A DNA stretch of 64,000 nt, taken from positions 7,981,251 through 8,045,250 of the forward strand of contig OZ316892.1 in the NCBI GenBank assembly GCA_973895155.1, read 5' to 3'. Both the position numbers and the translations under genes were made by a program. Of the stretch, positions 25,098 to 39,024 are shown piece after piece. The notes below the pieces were generated by a model. The model saw only the letters and a list, made by a program, of their open reading frames with translations. It was not told the DNA's origin and made no database searches. Origin of the DNA: Marsupella aquatica. Taxonomy: Eukaryota > Plantae > Marchantiophyta. Each line of letters starts with the position of its first letter. Positions within the stretch are counted from its first letter, which is position 1.

Positions 25098-28000
25098 ATG
25101 GCGGAGGACTTGGGAGATGATGCGCCACTTTCGTTGCTCTTCGAAAGGGGCCAGGAACTGTACGCTGTGGCGGAATCCTCTGCACTTGATCCGGCAAGCT
25201 TTACTTATTCCGGTCGTTTTTGGCATAAGGCATGATGGTGAATTTGTGAATTTTATGTCACTCAAATTGAGTACCGAATGGACTGCATAGTAGATGGGAC
25301 TGGTTGAATGGTTGCACTCCGCAGGCCTTCTGACAGTCCTTTCAATTTTTTGTGTCTCTGTTTCGACTGCAGGATCAAGTGGCGAGAGCTGTTGGATTTC
25401 TTGAACGTTGTCAAGAACTTATCGATAAGCTTAGCCTTTTCTCCTCAAATGAAGAAAAAGAAGATATTAGTACCATGGATTTGAAGTACTTGCTAGTAAG
25501 TTTCAAGTTGTGATTTTGTTTTGTTTATTATGATTGCGTGATCCTCTCTGTTATTCATGAACCGGTATAGGTCACAAATTTGGCAGATTGCTAATGTTAA
25601 GATTTTCAGAATCTGGTACGCTTGCACACTGTTTTTCTCTGTGCAGGGCTAATGGCGCTGTTTACTTGTCCAAATCATACAGGTCCCTTATTATTTAGGT
25701 TTTTTGACTGAAAGGTTATCAACAAAAGATACACCGAGTCGACTGCGTAAAGTAGAGGCCTCCAAATCACATTTGTTGGTATGTGCATCAGATGCCCTTA
25801 ACCGAAAGTTTTTCAAGTTTCCGTGTGATCTACATCTGGTGTGTGAATTCTCATCAGTATCTCATGCGAAGTTGAATGCAAATCCTCTTTAAGATGTTAG
25901 GGTTGAAAAATTCTCTCCTGTTTGTATGTAGGCCTTCATTAGAGTCTGTGATCGATTAGAGCTCCTTCCAAGCGCGGAAACGGAAGCACTAGCTCAGGAG
26001 ACGGCACCGAATGCAGAGGCCAGGAGAAATCAAAAGGTAAACTTGTTAGTGATACAACTGCCCCTACAGCAAGAAAAAGAATATTATTTCCGAAACATTA
26101 CCATAGAGTGTTTTACAGCTTCAGAAGATCGTATCCGGACATAAATGGCGACTGGAACCTGAGACCTGTGAAGAATGGAAAGGTAACAACAATAGTGGCT
26201 CCAAAGTCTCGAAATAGTCTACCATTACTTGCTTCAATCTGCTGCTGTCAGGCACACCAAGACAAGGAGATAGCATTGTTTTTCCTCGAAACACCGCACC
26301 GAAGGGAGCGGGCCAATGGCCTTAAAAAAAACAGCGCTAGTACAAGTGCCCTAGTACAAGTGCCAAAACCTAAGTTTCGGGTCACTGGAAACTACTCTCT
26401 TCAACAAATCTAATTGGCCTGCTCTAAGCTTAACTTCCAATTTGACGAATATTTGCCATCTTTCTGATCTACTATTCTTTTTGCAAACGATAGCGCTTTA
26501 CTTGTCATCACCATCAGTGGGCTAAACAAATGTTATAGTCGGTCCTTGTTCTATTTCAGAGTGACATTTTGCATTGTGGTCCATTGGTAACTATTGCCTT
26601 CTCTTGAGATTCAATTCTCAGCAAAGAATGTCTGCATTGAATGGAGGTGTGTGCTGTTTCTTTCCTTTGTCTGCGTCCTGAGTGGTTTGTGGATGGTACT
26701 GTAGCTCGCCCGTTTCAAGAGGCAAAAGGCAGCCCAGTCTCAACTTCAGGAAATTAAAGAACGGCAAGAGAGGAGGAGACGGTCATCACAAGCTGCTGCC
26801 AAAGCCACCAGAGTTGAAAATGGAGACAAAGAGGCTGAGGAAGATGATGAGGAAGAGAGAGAGGTTAGTCGTAAGGTCCTTCCTTGATTGAAGTCAAGGT
26901 TGTGAGGGTGGTAGAATCTCTGGTAGCTTCGAGGACAGTGGGGGACTGTAGAAGGCATCTTGGTATTAGAGAGCTGCTTTGATTTCTGGTTGACTATGAC
27001 AACTTGGATACCTGACTCGAGTCAGTACCTCTGTGTGGATGGAATACAGGCTCGTTTCGCACAAATTTCGTTTGAACTCTGCAAGGTATGTAGCAATGCA
27101 TACTCATTTTCATTTCGAAGTAGCTACCTGTTGGTCTACAGACATCTATGTTTATGTTACTAATAGTTGTTGTGAGTCAGCTTGAACCAGACGTTTGCAG
27201 CCAAGAAGCTTCTGTGAGGTTCCCTTGAATAATAGGAGGCCAGCAGTGCGTTTTCCTGTTTGATTCCTTTCTCAGTCTTACTAGCCATCGCTTTACTCTG
27301 TTGGCTAGCAGGCTTTGGATCTTCTGGAAATGCTGAAAAAGGAGGAAGAAATGCTTAATGCCGTCCAAGAAGTCAATAGCAAGGTATTGACTTCGTTTTC
27401 CGAGATTTTAGCCCTGACGCTCTTCTCGAGTAGGTGACCACTGTCTTCATGTACCGCACTTCGTGTGATTGCAGTTTTCTCGGCTTGCTTTAATGTTCTT
27501 GAGTTTGTCCTATTCCAGGGTGGAAATGAGGCGCTCACTAGGACAATTTTAGATGAACGACAAGCAAGGGCAGAAGGATGGCACAAAGAGGCAGCAGCAA
27601 AAGCAAGAGCCACTATACCAAGTCAACCTCTGGCAGCTGCTATGTTTGGTCAAAATGTTATTGAAGGGAGAACGAGTTTAGGAAATGGACATCAACATGC
27701 CCATGCACCTCTTTTATTTGGACCAGCCAGTGTCGTTGATGGGAGCCTGTCCACAGAGAGAGAGAGAATGGTTGCTGAAGTCTTCCAGCCAAGTCACAGG
27801 TTTGTACCCCCTTTATGCGCCGGTCATCTGGTGGCTTCATACATGGTTCTTGGGGTTTGTGGGTTTGTCGTCTTGATTTACCAAATTCAAATTTCCGCAT
27901 TTTGATGTTGCGTTTATCTGAGCAATCAAGGTTGCATTGTCTGCGACTACTTGTTAGTGTGCTCTTGGACGGTTAGCTGTAATGGCGACGGACTTGCAAG

Positions 28001-28282
28001 GAAAGAGATATGATTGGCAACGGGCCCCATTTCGTCATGTGTAGATTGCCCACTATGAGCATAGAAGAAGCCGGCCTGGCAGAAATGAATATTATGCGCG
28101 AATGGAATGAGAAGAATCAAAAAATCTTCGATGAGGCGAACACATCTTGGCATAGTGATGGGAAAAAGAAAGATGATGATAGTGATGATGAAGCAGCGGA
28201 ATACAAAGCAAGGGACTGGGATGACTGGAAAGACGAGAACCCGAGGGGGGCTGGTAATTCAGCCTTGAAACCTGTTCGTTAG
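25098..28282 (+). CDS. TAP46: PP2A regulatory subunit TAP46 (TAP42/alpha4 family), about 401 aa
   Basis: Exons 25098-25193, 25373-25495, 25683-25778, 25932-26036, 26705-26863, 27050-27085, 27312-27383, 27519-27799, 28045-28282 (1206 nt). Motifs LFSSNEEKEDISTMDLKYLLVPYYL, ARFKRQ, QPSHRLPTMSIEEAG, KARDWDDWKDENPRGAGN. Intron 1 needs a GC donor. Confidence 0.95.
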
Positions 28283-29841
28283 GTAGTCGCGAGGAAGTCC
28301 AGTTGTTCAGTTTTTAATGTATCGATGAAGATTGGAATAATTTACTTGTTCTGAGCTGAAGTGGCACTGTATTGCCCCATACTGAATGTGGCCAACCCTG
28401 AATTTTCAGCATTCACGCTCTCTAGCTTCCTCGCTCTTGTTTTGCAATCTCCATCGTCAATATTGTTTTCTTGGCTTCTTCCGTCCAGTTGGTTCCTTGA
28501 TTTGCGACGTCACCAGCTCTAGTTATATCACAGGAAAATCGAGGCTTAGATGTCTAGAGAGTGTAGCTCGATTCTGATACTGATAATATGAATGACAAGA
28601 AATTCGCAAATACGACTTACTAGGTCTATGTAAGCATGGACAGATGCTAATGACGTGTGCCAGCTCTCGAATATCACCGAAGTTTCCCCACCTCTCTTGG
28701 AGAGTGTATGATATAAACCCATGCAACAGATTAGACAACAAGAAGATCCAGTTTAATCTATCTAGGATATACATGCACGTCCCTTGGATTTTGATGATCC
28801 TGAAAGAAAAAAAGCATCAATTAACAATAAAGGTGTCAAAAGATGTAAAAGAGATACATGCGAGGTCTGAATTTAGGACACTGGTTGATTTCGTTGGAGC
28901 ACAATTTAGGTTTCTAAAATGCTTTGACTCCACCCAGAAGTCGAGTTAACGTGAGGCGAAGAGAAAGATCCTGGACTGGAGCTGTTCGTTGAGTGTTCAC
29001 ATCGCTTGATTTTCAAATAACACTTCGGCCAAAGAAGGTGCTGACTGTCAGACAAATTGTTTATTAGTCGGCTCTTTTGGTGCATATCGATAAGTAGCGC
29101 AAAGTTGTGGCCAGAAGGGAGTAGAAGGCACTTCATTTTCACATGAATCGGTCCTCATGTAGCTCGATGGCTCACCAGATAGAAAGGTCTTGAGACCCCG
29201 AATTATTCTTTCGAGATGGAATTCGATGTCATGAATCTCAAAGGGACGTCCCGAGTCGCAAGCTAACGGCATCTCCAGGAAAAAAACAATTTGGACAGTC
29301 AACCAAGTTGAGCCCCGATTTAGTCCGGTGACGGCTAAAGATCAAATGTAGCACACTGGCTGCCAAGCAGCCCCTTGGTGACAAGCATGTGCCTAGGTAG
29401 ACCTACCCTAGCAGGGTTTCCTTTTGTGTTTTTGGGCAGGTGGCATTCGTGGCCTGCAGAAAAGTCTCACTTAGCAAATCGTTAGAAGGGTAGTATTATG
29501 ACATTTGTCTACATACAATCATATCCGCACCTTTGCGATGGTTTGGGCAAATAATAACTACAAAAAATTAGAAACCTCTTTGTATCATTCATAAGCCACT
29601 TCAACTGATAGCAAATGTGCAATTAAAAATTTGCACAGAGGAAACCCCTAGGCGAACAAACCCTGGAGACTCTCCCATTCACCTCTTGTCCAGGGAACAA
29701 CAGACTTCTCTACAGAGTCTCCTATTCATTCTCATCATAGTACCCAATTGAAACAAGGAGTGCAAGTTGCCGATAAGTAGTCTCAGAAGTGTCAGAGGGA
29801 CCTCAAAGCAAAACCTACACATCAATATAGTCACCATTCTC

Positions 29842-29934
29842 CACAGCACCTCCATAGCGCCGCGGAGACATGTGGATCCAACTCAAACACAGCACCTCCA
29901 TAGCGCCGCGGAGACATGTGGATCCAACTCAAAC
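29842..29934. repeat. 46-bp tandem duplication
   Basis: cacagcacctccatagcgccgcggagacatgtggatccaactcaaa x2. Confidence 0.9.
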
Positions 29935-30734
29935 AGTGTCATCCACATACTCTTTGTATGTGTAATTTTGTCTCGACATACCTTCTCTTTTATGGTATGG
30001 TCTTCTCAAACTCATCTTGATATATAATTTTTGAGCACATGTCGGCATCTGGATGTCTTTGTCTCCATATAGTTCATCGGATGGTGAAGTAGGGCCCCAG
30101 TTATGGCAAATAGCAAATAGACTTACATAGAGTACTTTTGGCATCCCCATTCTATTCCGCACAGTGTTGCATAAGTTATGGATGCAGCAAACTTCACAAC
30201 CATGACATGTGTCTGCGATGAACTCTCTGGACTTCTTGATTTTTTGTTAACTCATCATTATCAGGATGAAGGCCCCCCGCCTATGTATGAGGGCGAGAAG
30301 ACTGTCCATCTACCAAAACATTAGCATCTGTCCAGCTACCAAAACATTAGCATCTTGGACATAGAGATATAGACAGATTGACCAAGAGAATTCTGATTGC
30401 GGTGTTGGTGGCCTAGTTTTGTAACAAAAGACTTGCAATGAACTGATTTAATTTCATGGCGTACACCATCCATTGAAAATTGTATACCACAGGGGTTTTC
30501 GTGATTTGTGACATCCTAGCTTGTGATGGGCAACTATGTGGATGACACTGTTTGAGTTGGGGTCTGGAGTGGACAAGGGCAGCAAATAGTCCACATGATG
30601 GCGTATCAACTCCAAACTCCCTTTGTTAGCAAGCAATGTAAGAGGCTGTGCAGGAGTATGAAGGCACAAGTGGATAGGTGACTCGGTGATTCTCTCGCAG
30701 AACAAGCCTCATGAACCAGATGAACATATCTCTT

Positions 30735-30897
30735 TGCCCTTCACATGTGTACCTTCCTCACGCTTATCACATAGGTGAAAGACCTTGCCCTGTTGCGGAT
30801 TCAGGTGAATTATGAATTAGGTGTCTGAATTATCCGCAACAGGGCAAGGTCTTTCACCTATGTGATAAGCGTGAGGAAGGTATACATGTGAAGGGCA
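30735..30897. repeat. Near-perfect inverted repeat (66-bp arms, about 31-nt spacer)
   Basis: 30735-30800 is the reverse complement of 30832-30897 with one mismatch. Confidence 0.92.
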
Positions 30898-33212
30898 TCA
30901 CAATCAAGGCCTAATTAACTTGACAATTCAGAGACAATCAAGGCCTAATTAACTTGAGTATGAAGTATTGAGATTTTATTTTGAGACATGTGATTATGTA
31001 GCAAATGTCAAACTTAGAGGGAGTACGACCTACTCACCTTCAACCTTATTTAGCTTAGTTATGCTGGCATAACGGCTGTTTGCTATCATCAAAAACTGAG
31101 GAGAGAGTACACGTGGTAGTTGAACTGATGTTTGAACCAACCGTTGTTACTGATGAGACTCACTACAAAGTTGCTTGATTCTATAATGTTACTTATTTAA
31201 CTCATAAATGAAGTTTATTTAACTCAAAAATGAAGAAAGTTAATATTTTAATCAATCAAATGTGTTCAGATATTATTGAAGAACTTTTGAAAAAATTAAT
31301 ATGAACTATAAAAAACTTGGTCACCCCTTTTCAATGACCAATTTTAATTTTGTTTTTGACTAAAAAACACTCTCCAACATTTGATATTTGTTAGTCCAGA
31401 AGTGGATATTGAAGATGATCTGCCTCGTAAGATTCAGCTGGCCGTTTTCCTTTATCTTGGTTTGCCTTGAATGAGTTTTTCTTTGTATCACAATAAAAGA
31501 AATCAGGTGATTGAACCACTGATGAAACTAGTATGTGGGTCCAGCTCAATATTTTTTACACATTGGTAATATTGAATCTGTTTGTTTTACTAACTCTCTT
31601 CCTGGTCATTCCTGATTATCAAGTTTGCCAAAACTCTATGATGTGCCCAAATACAGTGCCAAGAATTTGGAAAGAGATTTTAGCGTGATACATAATATTG
31701 TCATCTTTTGTTTGTCTCCACCTCTCTCACATGTTCTTTTCACCTCTCTATGTAATTCACATTGCAACTTCTCATTGTAGCAATCACCTCGCTTGTTCGA
31801 GTGACAGATTATTCATCACAAGGGTGAGCAACGAACTATCTTGGAGGCAAGGAGCTAGGCAATCACCTGCACTTCATTGTCTTGCAATATTTTTGTGCAA
31901 TGGATAATTATGCATTATGGACTTGTCTATAACATTATGAGATGATTTTAAAAGTATTTGAAGTTTGCATGATAAAAGTTGACATCACTAACAAACAAAT
32001 TCATAAACTCAAAAACTATTTATAGCATTGGTTTTTTAATTGTTTTGTGGGGAGACAAGTATACTTTTTGTTTGGAAAGAGTACTTTATTCATCATGATT
32101 TGTCTAGGAATGACAAAAACAAAATTCTCATCAATTATAATGGCAAATGAAAACAAAGAAAAAACCCATAAGTGTAGAATCATAATGAACATGTTGGGAA
32201 GAGAGTAACTTAATATACAGGCACTTTCATGAGAGAAGAAACATATTTATTTCATTTCTGTTTTTTGAATGTATGTTTCTTAAATCAATAGATAGTCATA
32301 GCCTTATTTTTGTAGAGATTTTATAATAATAAAATAATTTAATGTTTTGAGAATAGTTGATTAGTCTTGAATGTGTAAGTGAGTTTGGAGATTATGCTTA
32401 TGACTTTTTTGGTGTGTATTCAAGGAATATGTTTGAATAAGGCCTAGGGGGAGTTACATTCAAGTGGCATACAAGATAGTTTTTAAATATTTCTCATGAT
32501 GACTACCATCAAGGTAAATGTTTATATCAGTGCATGTTTTTTATGACTAGAATTTGTGTTAATTTGTTATTTGTGAAGTGACTTGATATTTTGTCCATTC
32601 AATTGACATGAGCAATTTTGTGTGAGTTTGTAGACAGATTTTGGCATCAATAAAAAACAACCCCAAACTATCATCTAAGCTTGAAATACATGTTTGTTTC
32701 TTTCTTTATTCCTCATTGAATAAGTGTGATTGCTAAAGTTGTTCACTCATAAAGCTAAATCAAGCATGGAGTCTATCTATACTTTAAAATCTAATTTTTA
32801 CACATGTAATATTTATCATAACAGTGTTTATTTTCAAATAAACTATCAGATTAGCTAAAAATTTGTAGAATTATCATATATAGATGTGAAAATATTAGTA
32901 TATTAATTATTTACCACAACACTTAGAGCTTTTATTTGAATCAACACAATAGATTTATGCAATCTTAACAAAACTATAAATATTTGTAATTTGCAATTTA
33001 TTTGTAGAAAGCAATGCTCTTGCTAGGTAGATGAGTCTTTTATAATTTTGTTTCATATTGTTATGGTTATCTTAGCACATTCCATATTAAGAAAGTGAAA
33101 TTTGCCCTTTGTTGGATTCCAAAAATGGAGAAGTTAGCTCTTTGTACCTAAAATTATTCACTTAAGTTTATTATCAATCGGGTATTATAATAATAAGGTC
33201 CATATCATATTA

Positions 33213-33715
33213 TTCAAGTTAAGGCAAAAACTATAGTACACACATATGTAGAGGCCGGTAACTTATAAAATCAATATAAGGTTACATTCAAGTTAAGGCA
33301 TTATGGTACACACATCCGCAAGGGTCGGTGTATTGTTTGACCCCAGTTGTAACTTCAAAATCAATATAAAGTTACAAGTTAAGGCATCATGGTACACACA
33401 TCTGCAAGGGTCGGTGTATTGTTTGATCCCAGTTGTAACTTATAAAATCAATATAAGGTAACTACAAGTTAAGGCATTATGGTACACACATCTACAAGGG
33501 TTAGTGTCCTGCTTGACCCTAGTTGTAACTTCAAAATCAAAATAAGGTTATCCGGGAAGGTTACAAGTCAAGGCATTTTGGTACACACATCTACAAGGGT
33601 CCGTATAATGTTTGACCCCATTTGTAACTTCAAAATCAATAAGGTCATAAGTTAAGGCAATTGGTACACATATATTCAAGGGTTTGAGTATTGTTTGACA
33701 AGTTGTAACTTAGAA
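33213..33715. repeat. Tandem array, about 6 units of 75-100 bp (probably TE subterminal repeats)
   Basis: Unit 'caagttaaggcattatggtacacacatc..caagggt...tgtttgaccccagttgtaacttcaaaatcaatataaggtta'. Confidence 0.9.
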
Positions 33716-34218
33716 ACAAGGTTATAATACTCTAGAGTTTACATTCCAAAAATCTAACATTCAATACCACTTCAAAACAATATTTTCATAACTAGACCCT
33801 TCCACATGTTAACATCGTAGTAATCCTTGCATTAAACTTCAATGTAAGCTTCCCATGACCAAACCCTTGCTTATTCACCCACCTTCCTCATGATCTTTCA
33901 CCCCTACTTATATTTCTAATATTATTTCCCATTTTACTTGACGTCTAGCGTCAAGAGGTTGAGAGAATGCTTTATATGTTGCTTACCAAGCTTATTTATT
34001 TTATTGTAACTAAATTGCCTTTTAAAATATACCTAATAACCAACCTGGAGATTTTTCAAATATTGATTTTTTTCAAAGCCCATCTACTGCCCAATTTCTT
34101 TTTATTCTTTAAGCACCATAAAGGGCATAATCTAGTTATGTCAACATCCAAACATGGATAGGTTTAGTTTAATAGAATTGTTTGTGTCGAGAAATGACAT
34201 TACTCTTCACACGAGGCT

Positions 34219-34446
34219 TCACACACAAAGTAACATAGATCATTGGATTCAAAACATCTAATGATGTAAAAAAAAAATTGAGCTAAGAGACCACACTAGT
34301 ATTCACACACAAAATGAATCTCTATGGTTGGATTCATAACATCTAACGGTAGGAAAGCTCATTTTCAGTTGAGAGGCCACATGAGCCTTCACACAAATTT
34401 TCACACACGAAATGGATGTAGATGGTTCAATTCAAACCATCTAATG
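34219..34446. repeat. Three degenerate units of about 85-100 bp
   Basis: 'tcacacaca/cga..aa..g..t.gat..ttg.attca.aac.atctaa' recurs near 34219, 34303 and 34401. Confidence 0.65.
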
Positions 34447-37400
34447 GCTGGATATTTACAGGGTGATGTGTAATTTTGACAAAATTTTCAAATTTACAGA
34501 AATCTCTACCTAGACCCATAACAATAGTAGGAGGTCCCATAACAATAGTAGGAGGTTCTCAACGCTCAAATGGAGGCTCAAATGGCTTACTGGCTTACTG
34601 GTCTCCTGTACGTATGATGCATGTATGTATGTCTGCATCCTTGTCATTGTTTCAGCAGTGACATTCCTTACTCCTTCGGACACGGGTTCGGACAACGTCG
34701 AATCGAGATCAGAATATGTCTACCCAATACTCGCTTGGGTGAAATTTGAAGGGATCAATCTTATTCTTACCTGTTTGCATACATGGTCGATCAGTGAGGG
34801 GCATTGAAGGATGCTGCGGGAGTATTTGCAAGCCGTCTCGTCGCTGTCTCAACAGGCTCTTCTTGGATGGGATAATGCTGTTATCGATCCTTCAAGTTCT
34901 GAGAAATCCCTGATCAGATTCGCGACATGAATGCCTCAAATAGATTAAGAAAACCTACCATTGACATGGCCACCCATACTCTCGTGCACATTAGTATGGG
35001 TCCCCATACTCTCGTGCACAGGCCGTGGCGTCCACGAGAAGATTCTCCATCCGTTCTAGGACTATTTTAGCAGATGTAGCGGGAGAGACTCCTCTAGGTG
35101 AGGCCAAAGCATTCAATCACAGCAATCCGGCCACCACCAACAATGTTCTGGGCATGAATCGTCCACGAGAAGAGGTTATCCATCCTTTCTAGGTAGCTAC
35201 TATTATTTTCGGCAGATCGATGAGATTTTATTTCACTTATAGATTTGTCTTCTTGAAAAATAATTGTCTTTTTACGGCCGGTGTCTTGTCATGGAAGATT
35301 GTATCGAAGGAAAGCTACAATTTACGTGTATAGATATTTGTAACAAGGTATCAAAGGGAAGCTACAATATGTCTCAGTATACTTTTAAGTGATAAATCAT
35401 CGCTTAACTTAACAAGGATGCACTTTCCCAGGCCAGGACTTGTTCTCTACTATTATTGGAGCAGAAAGGCAGGGCGAATAGTTGCGCATGTTGGGGATTT
35501 ATTGGGTTGCAAAGCAGTCTTCGGACTAACTGTTTTAACTGTAAACGTACTAGACATTTCTTTTCCCAACATTGGAACTTCTAATTATGTGGAAACGAGA
35601 GAGATTGGCCGCCCCTTGAAACTTCACTACCACGCATGAATCGTAGTCAGAGACACCCGCTGACCCGCGAGGCATCGATCGGCTTCCTTTACGCGTCATG
35701 ATTGAGGTCATGATTCCAATTATTAGAAGGGTTCATATTTTCCAGCTTATTTTATCTTGAAAGTGAATCTAACGAATAGTGCGAGATCAAAAGCTACTCC
35801 CAGGCTCTAGAGTGCAGCGTCTAGACACTGACTCCAAGGATCTGAAAGTGAAGGTGAAGACAAAATTGCAGACCAAATCGAGAATGGGACAAAGATAATA
35901 AAAAAACGCATGAAATCCTTGTTTCTAGGGTTTCCTTTCTCCTCATAAATCTAGACTTGATGAAGCGAGTAAACGCAAAGCATCTGTCATGATTTTACTA
36001 TCATGAGTAGTGTCGAGAATGCAGCCTCTAGACAGTTACTCTTAGTGATGGCGTATCTGAAAGTTAGGGTGCAGACAATAAACAGGAACAGGATGGAACA
36101 AAGACTTAATAAATAGCATGGAATTCTTTTCAGGGAACCAGTAATTCCAGTAGACTTGATGAACTGAGTAACGTAAAGCATATATGTGTCATGACGTTAC
36201 TAGCACGAGGATAGTCAGTTTGGCACTCCCTGTACTTGTCTCACTGTGCCGCATATCTCAATGGTAGCTTACAATCTAATCTAGCTCGTCGTCACGTGCA
36301 GTCGACCAATTCTTATTTAGTAGCCAGCAAAGGATCTTCACAATCCCAACCATTCTTTTTTATAGTCCGAGCATGGCGAGTTTTGTCCTATTCTTTACTT
36401 AGTTTGCTTGTCTACTCTAGTTCGACGTGACTCACAATTCACAACGAGAAGTGAAAATGAGGGATGAGCTCTGCGTGGTCTGCTTCGCCGCAATCCAAAT
36501 ATAGTGGGGCTCATGATCAGCAGCACAACAGACCTCATTTCGCTTTACAATTTGCATGGCTGCTCAGGAGCCTCCAGAAACATTGTAGGGGTCGCCCGTG
36601 AAAGTTCCTCGTTCACTTTTGCAAAAGTGTAGGGCACCGGTTCGCGTCACCCTAGCTGCCTGGACATGGATGCAGTTTCCAGTTTCGAATGTGCTAGTGG
36701 GACTACTTTTTTGAAAATCAGTAATTTGAATAAACGTCATCGAATTTTCAAATACCTAGATTCTCCATTTGATCTAGGGATTTTCAAACTCATTTTCAAA
36801 TGGTAGAAAACGTTTCAATTTGAAAATCTGTAATTTGAATAATCACGGTGGCGATCGATCAATTCGAACTTAATTCAGATAACTTGAAACTTGTAGTCAT
36901 CTTCCATAAGGACGAATTGCTATGAGAAGCGTCGAGAATTGACCAAGTGATGCGTACGTGGAAGAGTAAATTGTAAGATGTCACCGGAAAAGGATCGATC
37001 GGAACCGTGATGCAATGAAATGGATGAATTTGAATGTTTTCACGTCGTCTCGTATCGGAAGAAGACTTCAGATATATATCATAACATATCAGAGTTGACA
37101 ATCAAAAAGGAAGATGGCGTACACACGAGCCCCGTGACGACGCGGATTGCAACCGAAGAACTGGCATCGAGCGCTGCTAAGTGACCGATTTATCATCGTG
37201 ACGATATTCGGAGAGATCTTAAGTCCGGTAAAACCAATAACTATCGTCTTCTAAGGCGAGACAGTGCTCCAGCTGAACCTTCGACAGTGCCCTGCAGAGC
37301 TAACTGCGTTCAAGGGGAACCCATAGTACACAGATACACGATCGATCTGAACACAGATACATGAATCCACACAAACTCCGCACAGAGCAACGACATGTCG

Positions 37401-39024
37401 GTCGCTCTACCCCACAAAGATCAGGAGCTCAATAAATATTGTAGAAGAGTCACTCGTGTATATATATCAGAATGAATTTGTTTCCCGGGATTGTCTTAGA
37501 AGAAACTGTATATGTATATGGGAACGTACATGATGATCAAAAAACTTTCCCTAGAGGAATGAAGGGCGTCGTGTGGAATGTACAACGACGACGCCCCTCC
37601 TTCTCGATCTATAATTTGCATATAAATGCCATCGATTCCTGAGTACAAATCTAGGCGTGACTCTCCACCACAGTCCGTAGCGACTCGGGGCGAGCTCAAT
37701 ATTTTCACTGACTACTCAGGATCATGACCTTCTCGAGGACCTTCAATTTGCACGTTACACAGTTTCCACAATTATCTAATCTAGACAATTGATATCCTCG
37801 TGCTCCAGGAACTATATAAAGTCTGACTTTGCGAACAATACATTGAGACCCGATTGAAACTCAGTCACATCTTCGTCCTCCTCATCTCTACTGTCCTCTG
37901 AATACACGTCGTCCACATCGCTACTGTCCTCTGAATACACGTCGTCCACATCGCTACTGTCCTCGCAAAACGTCCACGGACCACCTGTGGCAGTTTGACA
38001 AAAGTGAGAACTTCCAGGCATCCACAAGCAAGTGACCTCTCTTTGAAGCTTAAATCTTTGAGAACGACGAACGTTTAGGATCACTGTCACTCTTCTTCAA
38101 CTCGGCTCCATTACCAATACGAGAAACCAAACCGCGATCTTTATGTTCTTTATGTTCAGAACTCGTTCCAAAACTTTTCCAAGGTGCTTCTAATTAACGC
38201 AAGAACAAATCAACAGAACAACTGAAGGCTCGACGTTTGCTTGTTGATCAAAACATTCTGAAGCGAGATATATATTTGTAAGCGAGAGACGCTCCATTGG
38301 GAAGAACTTTAGTTTAAATACAATACCAATTTGAGACCAATTCAAGTAGTAAGGCTGGTTTTTCTCAAATTGACGGCCATGGACATAACATGCAAATTTG
38401 ACGAACTTCATCAAGCTCGTGGACATTTTGACTACCTCTGTGAAGTCTCGCAGCCTTCATTGTCAGTCTCAATGGGTGGATAACAGTGAAGAATCCGAGG
38501 TAGCAAGGACCTACCTGTGGCACATAAAATGTCGGCATCCAGGACAAACTCATCTTCTATCCATCTGTCAACCATTTGGGCACAAGCAGCAGCCGCTGAA
38601 GATGTCACGATGAAATCACCATCTCCACTGCGAATCAGATGCCCATTGACGCCTCGAACAGAAATGCCGCCGATCAGCTTACCACCGTCCTCCCCACTCT
38701 CTTTCAGAAGAAGATCAAGCAGCTTCTTCGTCACCACGACTATGATTCCCGAAGGCACTTGGTCAATACCTAACGACTTTCCGTTCCTAGAGATCTCAAA
38801 TGCAACGCCTTCGTCCCATGAATCGGAGCTGATGAAGTAAACTGGCTCGTCTCTACACATGACAAGAAATTCCCAGTCTCCTCCATGGTGGAACTCTTGG
38901 AGTTGCTTGAGCATGTCATCCACGTCCAGGCCGAGCACTGAGAGTGTAAATGTGTTCAAGAACCTGAGCCTGAAAGCAAAATAATTCGCTCACTGTCAAT
39001 CTCCTGTGCTCGGGGATCACTTAT

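Noticed and set aside
28520-29310. Short minus-strand ORFs convergent with TAP46
   Set aside because: No consistent frame or domain could be assembled.
33213-33715. Regular repeats superficially like a CRISPR array
   Set aside because: Whole units repeat with no unique spacers; eukaryotic context with no cas genes.
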